Counted from the first letter of the whole stretch, positions 37,281 through 50,930 are shown. The stretch is 63,109 nucleotides of DNA, filler included, from Chiloscyllium plagiosum (GCF_004010195.1; 4 parts of one record of this genome joined end to end with filler, not necessarily neighbours in it), one strand, 5' to 3'. The notes: generated by a model not told the origin, from the letters alone. Numbers and translations: made by a program.

Positions 37281-38200
37281 CTCTCTGGGGATTCTATGAA
37301 CAACAGTGGAGAAATGATTATATATTTCTGAGTCAAGATGATGAGTGGCTTCGAGAAAAACTTGAAGGTGCCGCTGTTCCCATGTATCTGCTGGTCTTGT
37401 CCTTCAAGGTAGTGATGGTTGTGGGTTTGGAAGGTGCTTCTAAAGAGTATTGATGAATTTCTTGCTGATGGTACACACTGCTGCTACTGTGCGTCAATGG
37501 AAGAGGGAGCATCTGTTTGTGGTAAAGATGCCAATCAAGCAGACTATTTTGCCCTGGATGGTGTCAAGCTTTTTGAGTGTTGTTGGAACTGCACTTTTCC
37601 AGGCAAATGGGGAGTATTCCATCACACTCCTGACCTGTACCATGGGCTGCTTTGGTATTTGAGCAGATGCAAATCAGCAAACATCTTTATTTCTGATCTT
37701 ATGATGGAGAGAAGAGTATTGCTGAAGCAGCTGAAGGCATTTGGGCTGAGGACACTATGCTGATAAACTCCTAGAGTGATGGTCTGGAGGTGAAATGACA
37801 ACAACCACAACTGTCTTCCTTTATGCTAGATGTAACTGCAACAAGTGGAGACTTTTCTCCCTGATTCCCATTGACTCCAGTTTTGCTAGGTTTAATGATG
37901 CCAAACTGTGTCAAATATGGCCTTAATATCATGGATGGTCATTCTCACCTCACTGGAATTCAGCTCTTTTGTCCATGTTTGAACCAAAGCTGTAACGAAT
38001 TCAGAAGCTGAGTGGAGGAACCAAAACTGAGCATCATTGAACAGATTATTGCTAAGTAAGTGCTGTTTGACAACACTGTTGATGACCTCTTTCACTGATT
38101 ACATTTTTCATCACTTTACTGTTGATTGAGAGTAGACTGATGATTCAAGTAATTACTCAGGTTGCATTATCCTGTTCTTTGTGTACAGAACTTACCTTGT
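37281..38200 (-). mobile_element. Old CR1/L2-clade RT fragment
   Basis: ORF 37892-38095 (DAQFWF, DIKAIFDTVWH); FAD in ORF 37622-37810. Confidence 0.7.
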
Positions 38201-38662
38201 GGTGTGCATGTATATGGCACCCATGGAGCTTGACCTGAAATGTTGGTCCCTGGCATCCAACATAAAGATATTTTGGAGCAAGCAGTGAGCTGAAGTCACC
38301 AGCTACCTGCTCTGACCCCCATGGTGAGATTTTGATATGTTGGACACCTTCCAAACTGGAATAGGTGACAATTGCAACACCTCCTTGTTGCTATACAGTC
38401 AGACAGCATTTATTAATTGTCCTTAGTTGCCTTTGAGAGGTGATGGTGAGCTGCCTTCTTGAACTGCTGCAGTCCAAGTGCTGTAGATAGACCTACAATC
38501 AGGTTTGATTTACAGGATTTTGACTCAACAATATTGAAGGAGTGACAATATTTTTCCAAGTCAGGATGGTCCTTGGATGGGAATGTGCAGGTGTGACATT
38601 CCCATGTACCTGTGGTGTTTTGTGAGGGTTCCCATGGTACAATGTTAGCATTGACTGCATAC

Positions 38663-39372
38663 ATTCTGGATTAGTGGTGCTGGAAGAGCACAGCAGTTCA
38701 GGCAGCATCCAAGGAGCTTCGAAATCGACGTTTCGGGCAAAAGCCCTTCATCAGGAACAAAGGCAGTGAGTCTGGAGCGTGGAGAGAGAAGCTAGAGGAG
38801 GGTGGGGGTGGAGAGAAAGTAGCATAGAGTACAATGGGTGAGTGGGGGAGAGGNNNNNNNNNNNNNNNNNNNNNNNNNNNNNNNNNNNNNNNNNNNNNNN
38901 NNNNNNNNNNNNNNNNNNNNNNNNNNNNNNNNNNNNNNNNNNNNNNNNNNNNNNNNNNNNNNNNNNNNNNNNNNNNNNNNNNNNNNNNNNNNNNNNNNNN
39001 NNNNNNNNNNNNNNNNNNNNNNNNNNNNNNNNNNNNNNNNNNNNNNNNNNNNNNNNNNNNNNNNNNNNNNNNNNNNNNNNNNNNNNNNNNNNNNNNNNNN
39101 NNNNNNNNNNNNNNNNNNNNNNNNNNNNNNNNNNNNNNNNNNNNNNNNNNNNNNNNNNNNNNNNNNNNNNNNNNNNNNNNNNNNNNNNNNNNNNNNNNNN
39201 NNNNNNNNNNNNNNNNNNNNNNNNNNNNNNNNNNNNNNNNGGGGGGCGTGGACCTGACCAGGTAGTCACGGAGGGAACGGTCTTTGCGGAAGGCGGAAAG
39301 GGGTGGGGAGGGAAATGTATCCCTGGTGGTGGGGTCTTTTTGGAGGTGGCGGAAATGTCGGCGGATGATTTG
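38663..39372 (-). mobile_element. Young Penelope-like element 3' part (gap 38854-39240)
   Basis: IIRRHFRHLQKDPTTRDTFPSPPLSAFRKDRSLRDYLVRS linker; pseudo-LTR with hammerhead. Confidence 0.88.
38725..38756 (-). ncRNA. Minimal type I hammerhead ribozyme, canonical core
   Basis: UC-CUGAUGA-AGGGC-UUUU-GCCC-GAAA-CGUC-GA: intact CUGAUGA, GAAA, GUC triplet and palindromic ACGU helix III. Confidence 0.8.
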
Positions 39373-42104
39373 GTTTTCACCAGAGACTCTCACTGATCAT
39401 GTTACCTAGCATGGTGACAAAATGTCTAATAATAAACTTTCAAGCACAAAAAGCTAACTTACATACTATAGATATTCCACTGACTTTTCCCTTTCTGACA
39501 CTATTCTCTGTAATAAATTTCTATTCAATTAATTTTTATCCAGGCTGTACCTTGTAGTTTACTACTTAGGATGAAAACAATCTTCTTTGTGAGCATCTGC
39601 TTACAAATTCAATCACACAAAAATATGGGTTAGTCACAGCTCACCAAGGAGATTACATAAGCAGGATTTTCTCTTTCACCTTGCTATTTACTAATTTAGC
39701 AGTGTTCAAGTTTCTCTAAAGTTTACACCTATCAATTAGTTTCAGCAATATATCTATTATTAAAGTGAGACTAATAATCAATTCAAACACCCAATGAGGA
39801 ATGAGGTATATGAATGAAATGAACACAGCAAGTGGACTGAGTCATAATGTTAGTACTTGATTCATTCCAAACTTTTTATGAGTTGGATATCATTAAATTT
39901 CCTCAGAAATATGGGCACAATTTACAATACATTTAGTTGGAATTCAAAAGCTTGAAAGTCTATTGGCATTAGTGCCTAAATGTCATTGCTTTTACATTAA
40001 TGGTGAAAATGAATAATATGAAAGAATAAAACTACTTGTCTCTTTTAATGTCTGCTACAAGGGCCATGTATATTTACTAAAAATGTATCTGTACTTTGAA
40101 TAAAATACATTAAAACATAATTTGCTGCAGCATAAAGTTCAATTGCCTCTACTACATATGGTATGGGGGTTGGTGGGCTCCGGAAGCCAGTGTGATTACC
40201 CAAAGTGCATGAAATCTTGGCACTGCACTCAATCTCTAAGCGTCTGTTTTACTAGGTTACTTATTCACATTCCTTGCATGATTCAAATGGAGTATAAAAA
40301 CTGGGAAATCACAATGTCCATGACTCTGTGCACATTACAAATATCATGACTGAATATTCTTAGTATCTCAAATTTTGTGTATATGTTTGTATGTGTGTGG
40401 GACTAAATACAAAAGCTGAGTGCTTTGGCTTTAAAATTTCAGGCTTTCGTAGCTGGCAAGCTTGGTGGACATGTAAATTCTGCATCTGATCACTGAATTC
40501 CATTTTAACTGGAAAATATAAATTTATCCTCAAGTGATATTAGCTTACAGCCTCCAAGCATTATTATATATCTCAAGGGATTTATACTTTCTTAAACATA
40601 TTCCCCCACACATGATTAAAATGTGGCATGCAAAGCATTGCAAAATCATAGATATGGCGGTTACCTTGTCCCCATTAGATGTGCATCTTCCCTTCTTTAA
40701 CAGATGTACTTCAGGTAAGGTGTCAGGCTCTAATTCAAGGTTGGTGATGAACTAACTGATCGGCATAACTGAAAATATGATAATATAATTTAGATCATAG
40801 TCTATTGCTGATCTCCCTGTGGAAACATGGTGCTAATGTACAACTAGCTTAGAGGAGGACTGAGAAAGTGACTTATTCTTATTTTTTTCAGGTTTTTTTG
40901 TGGGCTGGGATGAATAGGAGGGCCAGAACTCATGTGTAAAGCCTAGGCTTCCTCAGTCCTGGACTTCCATTCCCCTCCTTGAACCAGACTGCCTTTATTC
41001 CTGAGACCTTTCCTGATTCCCCAGCAGACCTTGTACACATTATTCTTAATGCATTTGTGAATTTCTCACATTACTGAGTTTAGGTTCAGGTCATTAATGT
41101 GTTTGATGTATTTAACTGAGGCTGGGGATCAAATATGGTGTCTTAATAAAATCAGTGATGTATGATAGGCCTGATGTTTGCCCTGATTGGCTGATAATCC
41201 TGATTTTAAATTGGGAATGACATTCATACTATAAATTTGTTGCTGTCGTTCAGAAATTGCTAACATTACTAATCCATGGCATAACTTTGACAGACTAGGA
41301 AGTATTTGGGTGAAGTACATCCCAGATTTTGTCAATCCCGGTATTCTAAGAGAAACCCTGAGACTCTCTGACATACCTGACATATCTTTCACCCAACAGG
41401 GTGACAACTGCCTATAACATCACATTTTCAGCAGTTAGGAAATACTTAGATTGGGGAATTAAACCTTCACACAACCACTCTGTTTCTGATGTTGAAGTCT
41501 TTCCTGGAAACATTATTTCATACGCAGTGCAAAACCTAAAATGATAAAAAATAAATTACATAGTAATAGGCAGCCAATATACGTGTGTTAATCCCTGTTA
41601 ATTGCTAAAAAGTTAGTTATTTGGAAACCCATGCCTGATGAAAAGACCATCAAATTAAAATAAACTTCACTTCTTAATTGATAATGATGTTACAAGTGTA
41701 GGACCTGTGATAAGTGGTCACATCTTTCACTTGCTTAAAGCGTTTCCATATTTTTTGAATTCATATAACTGCATGTTAACAGCCCTCTAATCACATCAGG
41801 GGAATTCATTTGCTAAGGAACAATAGTCAATGATATTTTTTATTGAATGGTGTCTAAAATTTGAAGCAAAATTAACTCAATTGGATTTTAAAAAAAGTAT
41901 TGTGGTTAACAGCAGTAAAAGAAGCTGGTGATCTACAAAAAGAAAGCTTGCTTTAGGTTTGTAATTCAAATGCTCTGTGATATCAGAATTCCTGTTTTCG
42001 ACAGTCTAGGAATAGTATAAAATGCTTTCTATGCTACTGAATAAAAACAAAAATCCTTTGAAGGTTTTCTGTCTTTGATAGATCCACCATATTAGAATTA
42101 AAAA

Positions 42105-42492
42105 TTTAGACAGTCTTTTCTAAATAGACAAAGTCTTTTCCCTGGGTGGGGGAGTCCAGAATAAATAGCAAAGTCTTTTCCCTGGGGTGGGGGACTCCAG
42201 AACTAGAGGGCATAGGTTTAGGGTGAGAGGGGAAAGATATAAAAGGGACCTGAGGGGCATCTTTCGCACGCAGAGGGTGGTGTGTATATGGAATGATCTG
42301 CCAGAGGAGGTGGTGGAGGCTGGTACAATTGAAACATTTAAAAGGCATCTGGATGGGTATACGAATAGGAAGGGTTTAGAGGGATATGGGCCAAGTGCTG
42401 GCCAATGGGATTAGATTGGGTTGGGATATCTGTTCGGCATGGACTAGTTGGACCAAAGGGTCTGTTTTTGTGCTGTATATCTCTGTGACTAT
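42105..42492 (+). mobile_element. CR1 3' end
   Basis: ORF 42187-42414 (RTRGHRFRVRGE). Confidence 0.9.
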
Positions 42493-43602
42493 TTACAACA
42501 AAGTGGCTTGAGTTATTGCTTGTTCAGCTTTGCCATGAATACAGAGTAATTAATTATGTTTAATTCAGCCAGATTTTGTTACATTTTGTTTTACACTGAT
42601 TTATTTAAATACAAAGAATTCTCAAATTCACACTTACAAAATAGCACAGTGGTTAAAATGCCTACTTTCTATCTCCCAATGTTCATCAGTTGAAGGCATT
42701 TCTAAAAAGTTCACATAATTTTATTCTGAACTAATCCACACTGACGTAGACGTGGGTGCAGGTGACAGTCAAAAACTGCAGAAGTGTAAACGCATATGTC
42801 AGCAGCCTACGTCAGCATTGGCATTAAATGTTCATGAAAATAGATTCATATATAGCTTTGCACACTCTTCCTTCTTCATTTGTATTTCCTGGAGCATAAT
42901 TAGTTTGGTACATTATTTCCTCACACCTGAGTATTATTTTTAAACTATATGCATAGAATTACATACATGTTACGTGGCAAAACTAAATGCAATCAGTTCA
43001 CTTAAATATTTATTTTCCACATAACCAGTGGTTCTCAGGCCATGCACTAGCTATGGTCTAATATCTCTTTATTTCCCCTGCACTTTTAACACATATGTGA
43101 CCTCTTCTCAACTGTTGATTTGGGCCACAGTTTCAATTCAATGCAAGTGAAACTAATATGCTGTCCCACAACCTAGGCAGATTTAAATTCCCTATCAACA
43201 TCTGGGGGTTACCATTACCAGAATCTGACCTGGACTATCCATACAAATAAAATGGCTACAAGAGCATGTCAGAGGCCAGGAATCCCATGTGAAGTAACTC
43301 ACCTTCTGATTCCCCAAAGCCTGTGCAACATCTAGAAGATATAAGTCAAGAGTCTGATGCAATACTCCCCACTTGCCTGGATGAGAGCAGCTTCAACCAC
43401 ACTCAAGAAATGTAACTCCATCCAGGAGAAAACAGATCATTTAATTGGCACCATATCCAGAAACATTCACTTCCTCCACCACCAATGGTCAGTAATACCA
43501 ATGAGCACCATCTACAAGAAGCATTTCAGAAATTCATGCTCTTAGACAGCAACTTCCAAAACTATGACTGCTACCATCTCGAAGGCCAAGGACAGCATAT
43601 AC

Positions 43603-43948
43603 ATCATAGAACATAGAAAAATACAGCGCAGTACAGGCCCTTTGGCCCTCGATGTTGCGCCGATCCAAGCCCACCTAACCTACACTAGCCCACTATCCTC
43701 CATATGCCTATCCAATGCCCGTTTAAATGCCCATAAAGAGGGAGAGTCCACCACTGCTACTGGCAGGGCATTCCATGAACTCACGACTCGCTGAGTAAAG
43801 AATCTACCCCTAACATCTGTCCTATACCTACCACCCCTTAATTTAAAGCTATGCCCCCTCGTAATAGCTGACTCCATACATAGAAAAAGGTTCTCACGGT
43901 CAACCCTATCTAAACCCCTAATCATCTTGCACACCTCTATCAAGTCAC
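43603..43948 (-). mobile_element. Young CR1 3' end, same subfamily as 6781-7260
   Basis: ORF 43680-43943 nearly identical to ORF 6867-7259. Confidence 0.9.
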
Positions 43949-44048
43949 NNNNNNNNNNNNNNNNNNNNNNNNNNNNNNNNNNNNNNNNNNNNTTAATTAA
44001 TTAANNNNNNNNNNNNNNNNNNNNNNNNNNNNNNNNNNNNNNNNNNNN

Positions 44049-44415
44049 CAAAATTATGAGGGGCATGGATAGGATAAATAGACAAAGTCTTTTCCCTGGG
44101 ATCGGGGAGTCCAGAACTAGAGGGCATAGGTTTAGGGAGAGAGGGGAAAGATATAAAGGAGACCTAAGGGGCAACGTTTTCACACAGAGGGTGGTACGGG
44201 TATGGAATGAGCTGCTAGAGGATGTGGTGGAGGCTAGTACAATTGCAACATTTAAGAGGCATTTGGATGGGTATATGAATAGGAAGGGTTTGGAGGGATA
44301 TGGGCCAGGTGCTGGCAGGTGGGACTAGATTGGGTTGGGATATCTGATCAGCATGGACAGGTTGGACTGAAGGGTCTTTTTCCATGCTGTACATCTCTCT
44401 GACTTTATGATTCTA
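44049..44415 (+). mobile_element. CR1 3' end
   Basis: ORF 44056-44328; tail. Confidence 0.9.
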
Positions 44416-46135
44416 TAAACACATTGAGCATAATTTTTGCTTCGTGAAGTTATGTTGACTCTATTTTTTTTAATTGAAAAAGGTTTTTGTTTTTTGCAAC
44501 ATTATAAAAGTACAAAAGGTAGTATAACAGTCTTATGTTACAAAAACATTAACAATAAACTACCTACTACCCTACAAATCAAACCAAGACTATCACAAAG
44601 GTATGGAACAATCTTTCCCTGTTACAATTCAATAAATAATTAAGCTCAGCTAATTAGTTTGAATTAGTTTAAATTATACTAGATTAACCTAACCTAACTT
44701 AGATTAGTTCGAATTAGATAAAATCATCTTAACTTAAATTAAATTAAATTAAGTTAAATTACACCACCCGATTTACCCCTATCGAGGCTCCCATCCGGGG
44801 GGGGGGCATCAATTATCTTACCTATATTTATTCAAGTGTCCTCTCCCCAAGCCCCCCGAACCCTCAATCCGGCCTTCACGGCAATATAAAGGCCCTGGTC
44901 AAGTCTGTGTCAATGTAATTTAAAAAGGGCAGCCAACGTCTAATGGAATAATTCCATTTTCTGGTTCACTGCATTTGTAAGAAAATCCAGGGGAATGTAC
45001 TCCATCACTAATCTATGTCACACCATGAGACCTTAGAGGTTTTCTGAGGTCCAGCTCATTAAAATGTTCTTCCTTGCACAATATGTGAGAATGTTGAATA
45101 ATCTCTTCCCGTGTTCATCTAGTGAAGGCACGTCCAACAGTCCCAAAAAGAGGGATACCGGATCCACCTTATCTCCAATTCCCAGGATCTCCTTCACCTC
45201 ATTCACTATGGCACCCCAGTACCTACGGATCTTATGACACAGACAATGTGTTAGGTTGCCAGTGCTTGTTTAACACTTCGGGCACCCTGGAGATGCTCCT
45301 TTCTTGAAATTTGCTATTCGTTCCAGTACCAAATCGGCTCTGTAGATAATCTTCAATTGCAGAGCCTGCTCTTTATTGCATATCAAGATCTTTTTCACAT
45401 TCTCCCATATGTCCTCCCATGTTTCAGATGATATTTCTATCCCCTGTTCCCAACTCCAGACTCCATAGAGTCTTTCCAAATCTTCCAAGATACCCTCTCT
45501 CTGTAACTGGTATAGGTACTGACTGAGAGAATGCCCTTGCACCGGAGCACTCTTCTCTCCATGTCAGACTTGTAGGGTTGAGCTTAAAGTGTGGTCCATC
45601 TCTGTTTATAATCCCTAATCCGAAAATTACAGAAGAGCTCCCTACTAGGTAGCCCATATTTGTGACTGAGCTGATCAAAAGACATCAGGACCTCTCCCTC
45701 AAATAGGTTTCCCAAACAGGAGACTCCTTTGACCACCCATGCTTTAAAGCTGGAATCTGTTGACTCCGGCCTGAATCCTGCGGCTCCAACTAATTGGTAA
45801 ATGGTGGGGTCCTATGCAGGTTGTCCTCGTCCTCCACATCATCCTCCATGCTTTGACCGTGTTCATAATAATCGGGCTTCTACAATGATCAGCAACAGAT
45901 TTCATCCAATCCATAAACAGCAAATTAAGGTAGGGACACCGTGCCTGAGAGGCCTTGATATGAAGCCATATTGGCCTCGGATCCTTCCACACCCAGTTAC
46001 CCAGGACAATAAGGTGCTTATTTGGTATCGCTTAAAGTCTGGGAAATGAACCCCCAACACCCTGTGGGAGTTGCAGCTTGGTGAATTTAATAACAGGGTG
46101 CCTACAACACCAAATGAAGGATCCAATTCAGCCAT

Positions 46136-46445
46136 TAGATTAGGTTACTTACAGTGTGGAAACAAGCCCTTTGGCCCAACAAGTCCACACCGACCCGTCG
46201 AAGCGCAACCCACCCAGACCCATTCCCCTACATTAACCCCTGCACCTAACACTACGGGCAATTTAGCATGGCCAATTCACCTAATCTGCACAGTTTTGGA
46301 CTGTGGGAGGAAACTGGAGCACCCAGAGGAAACCCACGCTGACACGGGGAGAATGTGCAAACTCCACACAGTCAGTCACCTGAGGCGGGAATTGAACCCA
46401 GGTCTCTGGTGCTGTGAGGCAGCAGTGCTAACCACTGTGCTACCC
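46136..46445 (-). mobile_element. HE1-like SINE inserted in the L1
   Basis: Reverse tRNA-like head (ggttcaattccc B-box), (ctaat)n tail. Confidence 0.88.
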
Positions 46446-47207
46446 ATTGAGCCTTGGCAGCACTTGTCTAGGCAACAACAATGGGAGCATTCTCATGGGT
46501 ATAGTAGCCGAGGAAAAGTGTTCATTTTATGCAAAGCTATTCAGCCTAATCATGATATCGGTAACCACTCCCAATGTTGAAGATCCTATTTTATTGCACA
46601 AAGTTAGCTTTGCACAGCTGGTGGAAAGTGGGGTAATAAAAAAAATAACCCAAATAAAGAAAATCTTTTTGTGACCACCAGAGTGTAAGTGCGTTCCATC
46701 CTCTAGATCAGGCACTCCCGCCAAGCCCCCCATGGGCATGGCTTCCGATTTTGTAAAATTAATTTTGTACCCTGAGAACATGCCAAATAAATTAATCTGT
46801 TGTATTAACTGGGGTACATGCTTTTCCAGGTTAGCCAAAAAGAGAAGAACATCATCAGCGTAGAAAGTGATTTTGTGCTCTCCCATTCCTGACTTTGGGG
46901 CAACTATTTCAGAGTCCTGCCAGCGGTTCGATTACTAAGGTGAATAGCAACGGCGAGAGAGGGCACCCTTGTTGGCTGCCTCTCCCAATGCTAAAATTAT
47001 CTGATTTTACACCGTTCGTAAATTCTGCCGCCATAGGGTCATAATACACCCCCTCTAGGCCAAAATGTTCCAGGACATCAAAAAGATACAGCCACTCCAC
47101 CCGATCAAACACCTTTTCTGTGTCCAAGGAGACCACCAAGTCTGGAATTGACCTCTGCTGACATACCTGTACTATATTCAACACTCTAACTATATTTAAC
47201 AACCAAG

Positions 47208-47708
47208 ACATTGGTTTGTCCGCATTTAGAATATTGTGTACAGTTCTGTCGCCACATTACCAAAAGGATGTGGACGCTTTGGAGACGGTGCAGAAAAGGT
47301 TTACAAAGATGTTGCCTGTATGGAAGGTGCTAGCTGTGAGGAGAGGTTGAGTAGGTTAGGACTGTTTTCATTAGAAAAAAGGAGATTGAGGGGGGACCTG
47401 ATTGAGGTCTTCAAAATCATGAAGGGTATAGACAGAATAGATAGAGTTAAGCTTTTTCCCAGGGTGAGGGATTCAATAACGAGAAGTCACGTGTTCAAGA
47501 TGAGAGGTGAAAAGTTTAAGGGGGACCTACGTGGCAAGTACTTTACTCAGAAGGTGGTAGATGTCTGGAATGCATTGCCAGCAGAGGTAATAGAGGCAGA
47601 CACGGTAGATTCGTTTAGGTGCGTCTAGACAGATGCATGAGTAGTTGGGGAGCAAATAGATACAGATGCTTAGGAATTAGGCAATAGGTTTAGACAGTGG
47701 ATTTGGAT
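47208..47708 (+). mobile_element. CR1 3' fragment inserted in the L1 RT
   Basis: ORF 47236-47628 (LGLFSLEKRRLRGDLIEVFK). Confidence 0.88.
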
Positions 47709-50700
47709 TGTTTGTTCTTTGTTCCTTGTTCTCTCCTGATATTATTGGCACAGCTATGACCCTTAATAAAATCTTTATGATAGTGTGCAGTACCTTTATG
47801 ATAGTGGGCACTACCTTCTCCAATCTTAAAGCTAGAATTTTGGACAGGATTTTACAATCTACATTCAGCAGTGAGGTAGGTCCATATGAGGCACAGTCCT
47901 CAGTATCTTCCCCTCTCTTTTGAATAAGGGAGATATTGGCCTCCCTAAGAGAGGGTGGAGGACAGTCCTGACTGTATGAGTGATTCTACGTACCCAATAA
48001 TGCCTTGGCCAACATGTTTATGAACTCCTTGTAGAATTCATTTGGAAACCTGTCTGGGCCGGGTGCGTTGCCACTTTGGAGCTGCCTTACTGCCTCTTAT
48101 ATCTCTTCTATTATTAAGGGTGCATTCAAAAGGGAAGCTTGCTCTGTATTTATACCTGGGAGGTCCAGTTTCTCAAAAAAGGATTCCATCCTTGCTACTC
48201 TATCTTCATGACCCTCCGACCGGTATAACATTGCATAAAACTTTCTGAACATTGCATTAATCTTTTTAGACTCGCAAGTGGTAGAACCAGTTCTCTATAT
48301 GCCAGGTATCTAACTGGCTTATCACTGTATTCAAATAACCTTTGCTTTACAAAGGAGACCTGTCTCTTTGCCGCCTGGGTAAATACTGAATTCAGATCAG
48401 CCTGGAGAGCTGTGACCCGCTGTAGCTTAACCATGAATGGTCTGTCATAATATGCTGATTCAACTGCCTTCAGCTGGTTTCAAGTATACATTTCTGTTCT
48501 CCACTGTGCCTCTTCCTGGTTGCTAAGTATGAAATAATTAAGCCCATTAAGTAAGCCTTCGTGGTCTCCCAAAGCATAGAAGGTTACTGGCCGTACCTGA
48601 GTTAATGTCCCAGAATGTCCGAAAGGCCCAAAGTACTTTATAAATTTGCTATGCTTCAAAAGAAATGGATCCAAGCACCAGTGCCGTGTATCTATTTCAC
48701 TGTCTCTGATCTTGATATCCAAGTACACTGCCACATGGTCCAAAATGGCTATATTCTCAATCCTGCAGGATAACACCAAATCCAGACAGATAAATGGAAC
48801 AAAGAGTATATCAATTCTTATGTGGCACTTGTGCGGGTTGGAGGAAAAGGTAAAATCCCTACCATTAGGGTGGAGACATCTCCACACATCCACCAACCCC
48901 AACTCCCCACATAAGTCCACCAACTGTCTGGATTGCGGGCAGATACCCGAGAGACCCCTTGGCATCCTGTCCACCTTGGGGTCCATGAGATGGTTGAAGT
49001 CACCTCCTATAATTGTACAGCATACCCCAAGAACCATCAATTTGGAGAATGCGTCGATTAAGAATTTTAGGGGGTGCACCAAGGGGCAATAGAATTCAGG
49101 ATATCATACTCTTCCCCATGTATTAAGGCCTTGAGGATGGTGAACCACCCATGTTTGTCCTTAATTTGGTCGATAATCTGAAATTGGAGGTTCCTCTGTA
49201 CTAGTAGTACCCACTCCCCTGCTTTTAGAATTGAAAGAGGAAAAGGATACCCTACCAAATGCTCTCTGCTGTAATTTCAAATGTTCCTTGTCATTCAAGT
49301 GTGTTTCTTGTAGCAGGGTGATGTCAACCCTCTCCTTTCCGAGGTTTGAGAGCACCTCCTTTCTTTTGATCGTGGAATGACTCCCATTTATGTTTCAGGT
49401 GCACCATCTAAACGGACCACTAGCCATAACCGTCCAAAGTGGCCCGCAGCCCCCTGAGGGGACGAAGCTTACTCATGGTGGGTTGAGTAGAGAAGAAAAC
49501 AGGATTTATAAAATCTTCAAACTACTGCTGTAGATAGTACAAAAACTAAAAAAAATTAACCACTGCTCTTAAATTGATTAAACAAACAAACATACAAACA
49601 ACAAATGACTGGGGTTTTCCCCCTCACCCAAAGGAGGTACTCATTCCACCATGGTTCCTTCCAGCTGAAGCTTCTTCCCAAACCCAAGCAGTACAGAGAT
49701 AAAGAAAACCTATTATTTGCACACATGAAAACTAAAAGTGAATGTCCAACCCATCCACCCCATACATCAACCCCATTTGTCTTTAATAAAAGAAATAACC
49801 ACCCCACACCCAGAGGAAACAGGGGAATAACAAGAATTAGTTAAAAAAGGGATTTTTACATCAAAGCAATGACAAGCATATAAAACCAACAACCAAGAGA
49901 GCAAAGGATATACCATTGTGCATAATTTTTTTCTGATCCAGACCATCTATTTCAAAGAGCCTAGGAAGTCCCTTGCTTTCTCTGCTGAGTCAAAGTTGTA
50001 AACAGACCCTCCATGGTTGAAGCGCAGTACTGCCGGGTGCCTCACAGAGTATTGGATACTTAGGTCTCTCAACCATTTCCTGACTTCATCAAAAATTTCC
50101 TTTTCTTGATTACAGCCCCAGAGAAGACTTGAGAAAACATAATTTTAGACCCCTTCTACACCAGGGCCTGTGAGTCTTTTCCCAGCCTTCTGGAGGCTTC
50201 CATTATTGTTTGCTTCTCCTTGTAACACTGCAGTCACACTAGGACCAGGCGGAGGCGTTGATCCAACCTGGGCCTGCGCATCGTGATCCAGTGGGCCCAC
50301 TCCACACGTACCCAGCCCGACTCAACTCCCAGCCCCAGGAACTGCAGGAGCCACTGCTCTAGGAGGCTAACCAGGTTCTCACGTTCCGGGAGCCCGATTA
50401 CCGTAGGTTTTTCGGTGGACCTCAATTCTCGGTGGACCTGAACCTGGCTTTCCAGCGTTCGGATCCTCCCCACCAAATTCTCCATTGTGGTCTCTGACAC
50501 CGCGGTCCTTTTTTTGACTGCCTCGATGCATCAATCAAGCATTTGGATCTCCTGCTCATGCTTTTATAACAAGGCAGAGATTGGATCCAACGCCGATTCG
50601 ATTTTTTCTTGGAGTTTTACAAACTCTGAGACTGAGTTCTGTTGACCCAATGGGCTCAAGGGCACTGCCATGGGAGTCGGGGCTGGGCTGCAGGTGTGCT

Positions 50701-50717
50701 TGGCACTGTACGGGTGT

Positions 50718-50930
50718 GAGCTGAAAATGTGTTGCTGGAAAAGCGCAGCAGGTCAGGCAGCATCCAGGGAACAGGAGAATCAACGTTTCGGGCATAAGCC
50801 CTTCTTCAGGAATGAGGAAAGTGTGTCCAGCAGGCTAAGATAAAAGTTAGGGAGGAGGGACTTGGGGGAGGGGCGTCGGAAATGTGATAGGTGGAAAGAG
50901 GTCAAGGTGAGGGTGATAGGTCAGACTGGG
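50718..50930 (-). mobile_element. Penelope pseudo-LTR with hammerhead core at 50780-50811, truncated by gap
   Basis: Near-identical to 18462-18642; CUGAAGA-AGGGC-UUAU-GCCC-GAAA-CGUU. Confidence 0.88.

Larger units (their letters stand above)
44464..50716 (-). mobile_element. Long decayed L1/Tx1-clade LINE (ORF1, APE, RT, C-terminal Cys motif, 3' UTR)
   Basis: ORF1-like IGLPE...RVEWAH (50234-50500); LLQETHL, GGDFN, LVDVWR, DH endonuclease; GSQQGCPLSPLLF and YADDVLLF RT; CPKC; A-rich end near 44464. Confidence 0.9.

Noticed and set aside
42720..42926. Possible minus-strand terminal exon (CEEIMYQTNY...AIYESIFMNI*) followed by AATAAA
   Set aside because: Acceptor lacks a polypyrimidine tract, no upstream exons found, peptide not recognised
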